From assembly GCA_031371445.1 (NCBI GenBank), contig JANMJQ010000140.1, positions 18,681 through 82,680 on the forward strand: 64,000 nucleotides of DNA, in the 5' to 3' direction. The notes beneath the pieces were generated by a model, which saw nothing but the letters and a program-made list of their open reading frames with translations, made no database searches and was not told where the DNA came from. The stretch comes from Akkermansiaceae bacterium. GTDB lineage: Bacteria > Verrucomicrobiota > Verrucomicrobiia > Verrucomicrobiales > Akkermansiaceae. Made by a program: the position numbers and the translations under genes. Shown one piece after another: positions 49,033-58,300 of the stretch; the first letter of the stretch is position 1, and every line of letters starts with the position of its first letter.

Positions 49033-50297
49033 AAGAGGCAATCCACTGCAAGTTGTTGAAGCCGTCCAAGCGCTCGCCGTATTGGAGGATACGGTATCAA
49101 CTTCCCGGCGAATCCAAGCAAAGTCAGAAGAGCCTCAAGGTTCGGGATGAGCGGGCGGCGCAACGGCTCATGTCTGAATTCATCATCGAGCAAGAGCGGA
49201 TTCTTGTGGGAATCAAGCCATCTGCGAAGCTCACAGAGACAGCAAACGCCGGCCTTGAATCTTTGCTCAAGTCCCACCTTCAAGACCTGCGGGCGCAACA
49301 TTGCGATGCTGACCACGTGCTGAATCGAGAACTGCTTTTGAGGCGGGTTGGCAGAGAGGCGGGCTGGAAATCCATTCGCTCCATTACCGCAGACAGCTTC
49401 GTAAGCTGGAGGGCTAGACAAGATTTGGCACCTCGCACGCTCAACAACTATCTGGCGGAGGTTCGCGCCTTCCTAAACTGGTTGGTGATGACTGGAAATC
49501 TGGAAGCGAATCCCCTTGCGCGAATTTCCACCGTCAAGGCGCACAAAAAAGTGAGGGCTCGGCGTGCTCTAACAGATGAAGAAATTAAAGAATTTTTGGC
49601 TGCTGCTCCTAAGAAGCGGCGCATCATTTATTTGATCGCCTTGCATACGGGCCTCCGCCGGAACGAGATTGCGCTGCTTCAATGGCAGGATGTGTTCATT
49701 GACGCTCCAGTCCCCTCCATCAAGCTGCGCGCTGCTACGACAAAGAACCGCAAGGGCGATGTAGTTTCGATCCACCCTGAACTACAGGATGAGTTGCGGA
49801 ACCTGCGCCCTAATTTGCCCGTCCCTACGGCTCGCGTGGTTCAAATGTTCTCCGGCCTCGACCCGTTCAAGAAAGACCTGGCTGCGGCCGGAATCGCCTT
49901 CATCGATGAGTCGGGGCGGCGTTTTGATTTCCACGCCATGCGGATGACCTTTAACACGCGGCTGGCGAACGGCAACGTGCCAACCCGAACTTGCATGCAG
50001 GCGATGCGGCATTCCGACGAGAAGCTGACGACGGTGGTCTATACGGACGCCTCCCGGCTGAACGTCGCTGCTCACGTGGCATCCCTTCCGAACCTCCTCG
50101 GATCGGGCTTAGGGTCACCTATAGTGTCACAAGAAAGTGAACCAGAGGGCAACCGGGAGCCACTGACTGACACGGAGGCCTCTAGGCCTATCGATCTGGA
50201 TTCCCCTCAGAATCAGGACTTTAGCCACACTCTGACACTCGGCGGCACGCTCTTAATCGAGTGGGGAAAAAGTAGCCTCACTAGGGCTCGAACCTAG
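49029..50297 (+). CDS. Tyrosine integrase (integrated-state form, 422 aa)
   Basis: TGLRRNE (R), KNRK, FHAMR (HxxR), MRHS...VYT; frame runs through the att core to a TAG in the tRNA antisense. Confidence 0.95.
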   Translation: MKEAIHCKLLKPSKRSPYWRIRYQLPGESKQSQKSLKVRDERAAQRLMSEFIIEQERILVGIKPSAKLTETANAGLESLLKSHLQDLRAQHCDADHVLNRELLLRRVGREAGWKSIRSITADSFVSWRARQDLAPRTLNNYLAEVRAFLNWLVMTGNLEANPLARISTVKAHKKVRARRALTDEEIKEFLAAAPKKRRIIYLIALHTGLRRNEIALLQWQDVFIDAPVPSIKLRAATTKNRKGDVVSIHPELQDELRNLRPNLPVPTARVVQMFSGLDPFKKDLAAAGIAFIDESGRRFDFHAMRMTFNTRLANGNVPTRTCMQAMRHSDEKLTTVVYTDASRLNVAAHVASLPNLLGSGLGSPIVSQESEPEGNREPLTDTEASRPIDLDSPQNQDFSHTLTLGGTLLIEWGKSSLTRART

Positions 50298-50343
50298 AAT
50301 AACAGAATCAAAATCTGCGGTGTTACCATTACACTATGAGGCT
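50273..50343 (-). tRNA. tRNA-Gln(TTG), CCA not encoded
   Basis: AGCCTCA-TAGTGTAATGGTAACAC-CGCAGA-TTTTGAT-TCTGT...GGTTCGAGCCC...TGAGGCT-A cloverleaf. Confidence 0.96.
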
Positions 50344-50437
50344 TTGGGTGCCTGCGGCGGGCGCAACCTAAACCGGTGCCCGCGGGTTTGGCAACAGTGA
50401 AAAGCGTCCTCGGCAGGGTTGCCTCATTTTGGATTTT

Positions 50438-50698
50438 CAACCGCGAATGGACGCCAATGAACGCGAATGGGAGGAGACTCAAGACTGCAAGACACAAGAG
50501 AAGACCAGACGAGGACGGAAGATTCACCGCAAAGGCGCAGAGGACGCAAAGGAGCGCGAAGGGAGTATTTCCATTTGATTCCAATACCTCTCTCCCTTTG
50601 CGAAATTCTGCGTCCTTTGCGGCTTTGCGGTAAACTCTTTCTGGTTTCTGGGTTCTGAATTTTTATTGATTCGCGTCCATTGGCGTCCATTCGCGGTT
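50438..50698. repeat. Nested inverted-repeat cluster
   Basis: Outer aaccgcgaatggacgccaatgaacgcgaat / attcgcgtccattggcgtccattcgcggtt; inner accgcaaaggcgcagaggacgcaaag / ctttgcg...ctttgcggctttgcggt. Confidence 0.8.
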
Positions 50699-50733
50699 TC
50701 GATCTTGGAGATGAAGCAGCCAAAGCGAGGTTG

Positions 50734-51972
50734 TTAATGCGCGTGGATTTCAACGGCTTTCACAATCATCGATTCAGCCATGTCGAAGTCGACGGCGGAG
50801 CGGGCGTGGATGCGGCAGACGGCGTTGCCGGCATGAATGGGTTCGCCGCATTTCACGAGACTGTCGAAGCCTACGGCGAAATCCACGCCATCGGTCGCCT
50901 TGGAGCGGCCGGCACCGAGTTGGAGGGCGGCTTGGCCGACAAGACCGGCGTCGACCTTGGCAACAACTCCGCCGCTGGTTGCGATGACTTCACGGATCAC
51001 AGGTGCCTTGTGGATCTCCGCGAGGCGCGGCAAGTCGGCGGCTTTGCCACCCTGGGCTTCGACGAGTTCATCAAATTTCTTGCGGGCGCTGCCGTTATCT
51101 AACAGTTTTTCAAGCTCGCCGCGCGAAACGCCGGCGATCGTCTCCGCGAGATCGAGGACAACCTTGCGCAGATCGGCGGGTCCCCCGCCCTCGAGGCATT
51201 CGAGCGACTCGATGACTTCAAGCGCATTGCCCACGGCACGGCCGGTTGGTTCGCTCATGGGATTCAGAATGGCATGAACTTCAACGCCCATCTCCTTGCC
51301 CACCGCAATCATGCTCGCCGCCAAGGCCTCGGCATCGTGACGCGTTTGCATGAAGGCACCGGTTCCGAATTTCACATCGAGCACAAGGCGGTCGAGGGTT
51401 TCGGAAAGCTTCTTGGACATGATCGACGCGGTGATCAATGCGATCGATGGCACGGTGCCGGTGACGTCGCGAAGGGAGTATAGCTTTTTATCGGCCGGGC
51501 AAAAGCGGTCGGTCTGGCCCATCATCACCACGCCGAGTTTCTTCAGTTGCTTGACCGCATCATCCAAGCCAACGCCGACGTTGAAGCCGGGGATCGATTC
51601 GAGCTTGTCCAAGGTTCCTCCAGTGATGCCGAGGCCACGGCCGGAGACCATCGGCACCCAGCAACCGGCGCATGCAACAAGTGGTGCGAGGATCAGCGAA
51701 ACCTTGTCACCGATACCGCCGGTCGAATGCTTGTCGACGATCGGCGGATGGCCGGTTGGATAGGAAAAGCAATCGCCGCTATCCATCATCGCCTTGGTGA
51801 GCGCGGCGATTTCCGCGGGCGTCATGCCTTTGAAAAAGACAGCCATCGCGAAGGCCGACATTTGATAGTCCGGCACGTCGCCCGTCGTGTAGCCCGCGAT
51901 GAGTTGGGAAATTTCGCGGCTGGAAAGCTCTTCGCCCTCGCGCTTGCGGGAGATCAAGGTGGGGATGTGCAT
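50734..51972 (-). CDS. pdp: Pyrimidine-nucleoside/thymidine phosphorylase
   Basis: DKHSTGGIGDK, SGRGLGITGGTLDKLESIPGF, ASIMSKK. Confidence 0.95.
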   Translation of the reverse strand: MHIPTLISRKREGEELSSREISQLIAGYTTGDVPDYQMSAFAMAVFFKGMTPAEIAALTKAMMDSGDCFSYPTGHPPIVDKHSTGGIGDKVSLILAPLVACAGCWVPMVSGRGLGITGGTLDKLESIPGFNVGVGLDDAVKQLKKLGVVMMGQTDRFCPADKKLYSLRDVTGTVPSIALITASIMSKKLSETLDRLVLDVKFGTGAFMQTRHDAEALAASMIAVGKEMGVEVHAILNPMSEPTGRAVGNALEVIESLECLEGGGPADLRKVVLDLAETIAGVSRGELEKLLDNGSARKKFDELVEAQGGKAADLPRLAEIHKAPVIREVIATSGGVVAKVDAGLVGQAALQLGAGRSKATDGVDFAVGFDSLVKCGEPIHAGNAVCRIHARSAVDFDMAESMIVKAVEIHAH

Positions 51973-51979
51973 GGCAGTA

Positions 51980-52864
51980 TCAAGACTCCTCGGCGGGGAT
52001 TACATCGACGGCAACTTTCAGTTTTTGGCCGCCCGCCCCCAAGGTGACGCCGCGCAGGGGGCTGACGTCGGAGAAGTCGCGGCCCCAGGCGACGGTGATG
52101 TGGCGTTCGCCGGGAAGGACGTTGTTGGTCGGGTCGGCATCGATCCAGCCCGCGCATTCGCCGCAAAAGACGGAGACCCATGCATGCGAAGCGTCGGCGC
52201 CGGTGAGCCTTTTTTTCCCGGGTGGCGGACGGGTTTCCAGATAGCCGCTGACATATCGCGCGGGAAGGCCCAGCGACCGAAGGCAGGCGATCATGAGATG
52301 GGCGAAATCCTGGCAAACGCCGGCCCGCTTTTTCAACACCTCGCCAACGGGTGTTGCAATGTCAGTAGCCTTCGGATCGAACTTGAAGTCCTTGTAGATC
52401 CGTTCTGTTAGAGCGATCAACCCTTCGAGGATCGGCCGTCCTGGCGGGAAATATGGAGCCGCGTAGTTGGCGAATTCCTTTCCTAGGGGAATCATCGGCG
52501 AGCGGAAACGGAACGCGCCCGCTTCGGAACCTGCCGTGAGTTTTTCAAAATGGCAGGCATCGCGCACTTCCTCCCAGGGCGGCGTCGCATGCGGGTCGGG
52601 CCGGGGCATGGCGAACACCTCGACCAAGCTCCGCGCGGTGACTTGCATGGACTCATGCTTGCCCTCGATTTCAAAATACGAGGCGGTATTGCCGAACGCA
52701 TCGACATGCACGCCGCGGCCCACCGGTTCCGGCTGGATCTCGAGTTCATGCCACGGACAATGTTGACCCGGCAACGAGCGCGGAGCCATTCGCGCGACGT
52801 GGTGCGACACTGTGACCGAACCTTCGTAGGTGTATTCCGTGCGATGGATGAGATGGTATTTCAC
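51980..52864 (-). CDS. Transglutaminase family protein
   Basis: HRTEYTY, GVCQDFAH, ARYVSGY, ASHAW, DPTN, GRDFSDVSP. Confidence 0.93.
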   Translation of the reverse strand: MKYHLIHRTEYTYEGSVTVSHHVARMAPRSLPGQHCPWHELEIQPEPVGRGVHVDAFGNTASYFEIEGKHESMQVTARSLVEVFAMPRPDPHATPPWEEVRDACHFEKLTAGSEAGAFRFRSPMIPLGKEFANYAAPYFPPGRPILEGLIALTERIYKDFKFDPKATDIATPVGEVLKKRAGVCQDFAHLMIACLRSLGLPARYVSGYLETRPPPGKKRLTGADASHAWVSVFCGECAGWIDADPTNNVLPGERHITVAWGRDFSDVSPLRGVTLGAGGQKLKVAVDVIPAEES

Positions 52865-52874
52865 GATGATGGGT

Positions 52875-55346
52875 TCAATACACGCGGCGCACCGAGTGGC
52901 TGAAATAATGCTGCGTCAGCATGTCGGAGAAACTTTCGACCCTATCCAGTAACTCGTCGAATTCCGCAACGTCGGGCAGTGTGGGATCCTGGAAGCGCTC
53001 GCTCAAGGCCAGCGACACTCCGCGGATTTTTGACAACAATCCCGATTCGGAATTACCCGGGAAATAAAAGGATTCGCGGTGCAGGATTGCAATCTGATAG
53101 GCGACCGAACGCGGGTTGGTGGCGTCGAAGAAAACGAGATCCATAACCGGCTCCAACTCGGGCCGCGAAAAATGCCGGCGGCGATAGGTCATCGTGCTGT
53201 CGCATGTTTCCAACAACGGATCTAACAGAATCGGCCCCGCAGTGTCCTGTTGCGCCGCGGTTTTGAGAACGGACAGTGCGCCGATCGCGCGTTCCACGCG
53301 GCGGCCGGTTTCGAGGAAGCGCCAGCCATGGCCGCGGGTCATGTTTTCCGCCTGCATGCCGGAAAAGGCGGCGAGATGAAGAACCAGGGTGTCCAGCGTG
53401 CGCAGAAGCTCGGTGACATTCAACGATGCCTCGGGGGTATAGACGACGTCTTCGAGCCGGTTGAAAAACCTCCAGGTGTCATCGGAAAGGCGATCGCGCG
53501 CGGCGGCGGCGTTGAGCAAAAGGGAACGGGTGAGGCTTGGGATTCCACCGCGCTTCGCCTGGTCGTGAATCAGCACCGCGAGGGTTTTGAGAGCCTGCGA
53601 GGGATGGACGATGAGTTCCATTGGCAACAGGCCACAGCCGCGGACAAGCAACAAACAAGCCGCGAGTTTTTGCTGCTGCACTCGACCGGCCTCACCCCCG
53701 AGATTGCGCAGGGTGACGCGCAGCAAGCGGGTCGAAAGTTCGATGCGCTCGGAGTAACGTCCCACCCAGAACAATTGCTCGGCAATCCGGCTCGGCACTT
53801 CCAGCGCCGTCGAATGCCGGGCCTTGCGCCTTGGCACTGCCGGCGGCGGACTCGTTGCGGCCAGCACTCCATCCCCATCCGGAATCCAAACATCTTTGGT
53901 GAAGCCCGCGTGCCTTGGCCACAACTGCGGTGGCTGTCCGAATTTACCGACCTTGACCAAACCGCCGGGCATCGCCACCGGACCGGATTCCGCGCCCATG
54001 ACAAAGGCCCGCCAAATCAGCGGCTTCTCGCGGATGCCGCGTGGTTCAAGCGAGGGACAGGTGCTGGGTGTCATGTCGAACTGCACCACGAAATCGTATG
54101 GCCGTTCGGCAATGGCATTCATCCAATGCTTGCGTGATGACGACGAGAAATTCGCACATCGCAATGGCAGCAACTCATCGCGGCCAAATGCGGAGATCAG
54201 CACGAAGCGGTGCATCTGGTCCAGCACGCGGTGCCTCACCTCTTCCTGGCCGAGCCACCAGGTTTCGACAAAGGGCAGCTTCATTTCCTCGCCGAACCAC
54301 TTGCGCGCAATGCCCGGCAGGAACGGCATCAGCGCCATTGTAGAAGCAAAGCCCGAGCCCGCGGAGTTCGCCAGCGAGACATTGCCGGTGCGCCATGCCT
54401 CGATGAGCCCCGCCACTCCCGCGCTGCCGCGGCCACCGTTGACCAGCGGATCGAGCAGCGATTCGTCAATGCGGTTCGCGACCACATCCACGCGGCGAAG
54501 CCCCGCCAGGGTTTTCAGAAACAAACGGTGTTCGCGAACTGTTAGATCCCCGGGTTCGACGAGGGGAAAACCCAACAGCCGCGCCTTGTAGGCATGCTCG
54601 AAGTACGATGGATGCCTGAATCCGGGTGTTAGAAAAACGACATTCGGCATTTCGCCGCGGGCGGGTTGCAAGCCTTCCAACGTTGACCGTTCCAAGTCGA
54701 AGAAAGGAGCGAGCGGCGCCACGCCAAGACTCTCGAACTGCGAGGAGAGCAGGCTCGAGGTGACGTTGCGGTTTTCAAGCACTTGCCCGAGTCCGCCGGG
54801 AGCGCTGGTGTGATCGCGCAAAACGTTCCAATAGCCGCGCGGCGAACGGATCAAATCGCAGCCCGTGGTAATGAGGAATCGTCCGCCATGCGGTTGGAGG
54901 CCGCGGGCGTATTGGAGGAAGGCCGGACTGGCATGCACGAGGTCCGGTGGAACCAAACCCGCCTTGAGAATTTCCTGCGGGCCGTAAAGATCCGACAGCA
55001 CCGCATCTAACAGACGCGTCCGTTGCTTCAAGCCGGCGGACACGTGCGCCCATTCCAGGGGCGAAATCAGCAGCGGGATCGGATCGAGCTCAAAGGGTTG
55101 GCCCGAGCCGCCGACATCGCTGTAAACATTGAAGGTGGTGCCGAGGTCCGCGATCATGCGCGACGCCGAGGCGGCGAGGGCGCCGCGTTCGACTCCGCTC
55201 CAATGCTGAAAGCGCTGGCTGAATTCACGCCAGTGCGGCCGGATGGCACCGCCGTGATCCGTCATTTCATTCCACGCCAAATCCGCCGAACCCATCATGG
55301 GCTGCGGCGACAATGCGGGTGAAGGATTGCTGAAACTTTCAGCCAT
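52875..55346 (-). CDS. Circularly permuted type 2 ATP-grasp fused to alpha-E (DUF403) domain
   Basis: LDPIP, YFEHAY, TKDVW, PSRIAEQLFWVGRYSER, ENMTRGHGWRF, NPRSVAYQ. Confidence 0.9.
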   Translation of the reverse strand: MAESFSNPSPALSPQPMMGSADLAWNEMTDHGGAIRPHWREFSQRFQHWSGVERGALAASASRMIADLGTTFNVYSDVGGSGQPFELDPIPLLISPLEWAHVSAGLKQRTRLLDAVLSDLYGPQEILKAGLVPPDLVHASPAFLQYARGLQPHGGRFLITTGCDLIRSPRGYWNVLRDHTSAPGGLGQVLENRNVTSSLLSSQFESLGVAPLAPFFDLERSTLEGLQPARGEMPNVVFLTPGFRHPSYFEHAYKARLLGFPLVEPGDLTVREHRLFLKTLAGLRRVDVVANRIDESLLDPLVNGGRGSAGVAGLIEAWRTGNVSLANSAGSGFASTMALMPFLPGIARKWFGEEMKLPFVETWWLGQEEVRHRVLDQMHRFVLISAFGRDELLPLRCANFSSSSRKHWMNAIAERPYDFVVQFDMTPSTCPSLEPRGIREKPLIWRAFVMGAESGPVAMPGGLVKVGKFGQPPQLWPRHAGFTKDVWIPDGDGVLAATSPPPAVPRRKARHSTALEVPSRIAEQLFWVGRYSERIELSTRLLRVTLRNLGGEAGRVQQQKLAACLLLVRGCGLLPMELIVHPSQALKTLAVLIHDQAKRGGIPSLTRSLLLNAAAARDRLSDDTWRFFNRLEDVVYTPEASLNVTELLRTLDTLVLHLAAFSGMQAENMTRGHGWRFLETGRRVERAIGALSVLKTAAQQDTAGPILLDPLLETCDSTMTYRRRHFSRPELEPVMDLVFFDATNPRSVAYQIAILHRESFYFPGNSESGLLSKIRGVSLALSERFQDPTLPDVAEFDELLDRVESFSDMLTQHYFSHSVRRVY

Positions 55347-55374
55347 GGCCGGAGGGTGGTCCGAAGACGATGCT

Positions 55375-58300
55375 TCAGGGCATCATACGCAAGTCGAGTG
55401 TGAATGGAAAGTCGGGACTGGCGGGAGCTTCGCGCGGGAGCATTTTCCCGCCGCTGTGGCCATGCGGGAAAAAGCGGGCCAAGCGCCGCGATTCGGCTTC
55501 GTAGGAGTTCACGGGGAAACTGTCGTGGTTGCGTCCGCCGGGATGCGCCGCGTGATAGGTGCAGCCGCCCAGCGAGCGCTCGTTCCAGGTATCTAACAGA
55601 TCGAACACCAGCGGCGTTTGCACCGGGATGGATGGATGCAAACAATTCGGCGGCTGCCACGCGCGATAACGGACGCCCGCCACAAATTCACCATGGGTGC
55701 CGGTCGAATGCAGCGGGATGCGCACTCCATTGCAAGTCACCGCATGCCGCTCGCCGGTAAGCCCGCGGGCCATGATCTGCATGCGTTCCACGGAGCTGTC
55801 GACATAGCGAACCGTCGAGCCCGGTCCGCCCGCCTCGCCCAGGACATGCCAGGGCTCGATCGCATGACGCACTTCCACCTTGATGCCCGCCCGTGAAAAT
55901 TCGCCGATGCGCGGGAAGCGGAACTCAAGGTGTGGCGCGAACCAATCGTCCTCGATCCAATAGCCTTGGTCGCGCAACGACGCGAGGACATCACGGAAGT
56001 CCTGCCAGATGAAATGCGGCAGCATCCATCGGTCATGGATCTCGCTTTTCCAGCGGACCAGCGGCTTGGTGTAAGGCTCGCGCCAGAAGGAAGCCACCAG
56101 GGCGCGCAGCACCAGATGTTGCGCAAGGCTCATCTGGTAATGCGGCGGCATTTCGAAGTTCCGCATCTCTAACAGACCGAGCCGGCCGGTCGAACTGTCG
56201 GGGCTATACATCTTGTCGATGCAGAACTCCGCGCGGTGGGTGTTGCCGGTGGGATCGATGAGCAAATTCCGGAACGCGCGGTCCACATCCCACGGCGACG
56301 GAGTACCCGCGCCTTCGAGGGTTTTGAAAGCGATTTCCATTTCGTGAATGGAGTCGTTGCGGGCTTCGTCGATGCGGGGTGCCTGAGATGTGGGACCGAC
56401 AAACAATCCCGAGAACAAATAGGTCAGCGACGGATGATGATTCCAGAACGTGACCATGCTGCGCAACAAATCGGGCCGCCGCAGCATCGGGCTGTCCGAA
56501 GGGGTTTCGCCGCCGATGATGATATGGTTGCCACCACCGGTGCCACAGTGGCGGCCATCGACCATGAATTTTTCCGTAGCGAGCCGGCAGAGATGCGCTT
56601 CCTCGTACAGGACCGAAGTATTTCTAACAAGTTCGTCCCATGACGCGGACGGATGCAGGTTCACCTCGATGACACCGGGGTCGGGCGTCACTTTGACGAC
56701 ACTCATCCGGATGTCATACTCCGGCGGCGTGCCTTCGAGAATGACCGGCATTCCCAATGACGCGGCAGTGCGTTCGATCGTCGCCACCAGGTCGAGGAAA
56801 TCCGCCGGATCGTTCACCGGCGGCAGGAAAATATACAAGCGGCCATTGCGCGGTTCGATGCAGAGGGCATGACGCGTGATCCATGGCGCTGACTCGTGTT
56901 TGTCAGGCTTGCGTTCCCATGAACGTTGCGCGGCTGTCGGTTCGTCTTCGCGTCCAAGCCGCGATGTCGCCGCTTCCAGATTGCGGCGTTGGGTGGCTAA
57001 CAACGAGCCTGGGGCTTGCGGAAAATCGGCGACCTCGCGGGTCGGGTCGTTGGGCACATGCCATGGATGCTCGGACTTCTTCACGTATGGCAGCGAGTCC
57101 AGCGGCAAGCGATAGCCCATCGGTGAATCGCCAGGAACCAAATACAGCAGGTTGTCGCGGACATGCCATGGACCACTCGTCCAGCATTGGCCTTGCGGGG
57201 TGTCGCGGCGTTCGAGGGGAAGCGCATAGCCGACAACGCGTTCGATGCCATTTTCAAACAAGCGGGCAAAACGTTCGCGCTCAAGCTTGTTGCTCAGTTC
57301 GTTTTTGATGGGATCGACATTTTCCGGCAATCGCCGCTCGCGCCACAAATAGTAAAGGGTGTCTTCGTAAGCAGGCAGTATCCATTTCGGATCCGCTCCA
57401 AGAGCTCCTGTTAGAGCAACCGCGAAGCGCTGCGCATGCGTCGAATCGTAGCCATAGTCATGCGTCTCGTCGGCAAACAGCGAGTCGTTCTCCCACATCG
57501 GATAACCATCCTTGCGCCAATAACAGCCCAGCGACCATCGCGGCAATGGCTCGCCCGGATACCACTTGCCCTGGCCATAAAAAAGCAACCCGCCGGGAGC
57601 GAAACGCGCGCGCAGGCGCTTGATGAGTTGGTCGGACAGCTTGCGCTTCATCGGACCATCCGCGGCGTTGTTCCATTCATCGCCTTCGAAGTCGTCCATC
57701 GAAATGAAGGTCGGCTCGCCACCCATTGTCAGGCGCACATCCATCGAGTCGAGGTCATCGTCGATCTTGCGGCCGGTTTTCAAAATTTCATCCCACTGCG
57801 CGTCGCGGTATGGCAACGTAGTACGAGGTGACTCGTAGATGCGGGTCACGGTCATTTCGTGCTCCATCGTCGATTCGCAGGCTTCGACCGCTCCTGTCAC
57901 GGGAGCCGCGCTCGTCGGGTCGGGCGAGCACGCGAGTGGCAGGTGGCCTTCGCCCGCAAGCAGGCCGGAAGTGGGGTCCAAACCAATCCAACCGGCCCCC
58001 GGCAAATAGACCTCAGTCCACGCGTGGAGATCGGTGAAATCAACGTTGGTACCCACGGGCCCATCCAACGATTTCACATCCGGCTTGAGCTGGATCAGGT
58101 AGCCCGAAACAAAGCGGCTCGCCAATCCGAGGTGGCGGAACAGGGTCGCGAGCAACCACGCGGAATCGCGGCAGGAACCGGATGCCAGGGACAAGGTTTG
58201 TTCCGGACTTTGCACCCCATGCTCCATGCGGATCCGGTAATCGACGGCATGCTGGATGGCGGAATTGATGCCGACCAGGGTGTCGATGGTGCGGCCTTTT

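Larger units (their letters stand above)
43906..50295. mobile_element. Integrative rolling-circle element at tRNA-Gln 3' end (predicted circle 6364 bp)
   Basis: 26-bp direct repeats AAGTAGCCTCACTAGGGCTCGAACCT at 43906-43931 and 50270-50295; contains rep, RM system, xis, int. Confidence 0.93.

Noticed and set aside
43906-50295. Inovirus prophage or ICE
   Set aside because: No Zot/pI ATPase, coat proteins, T4SS, coupling protein or FtsK-type Tra.
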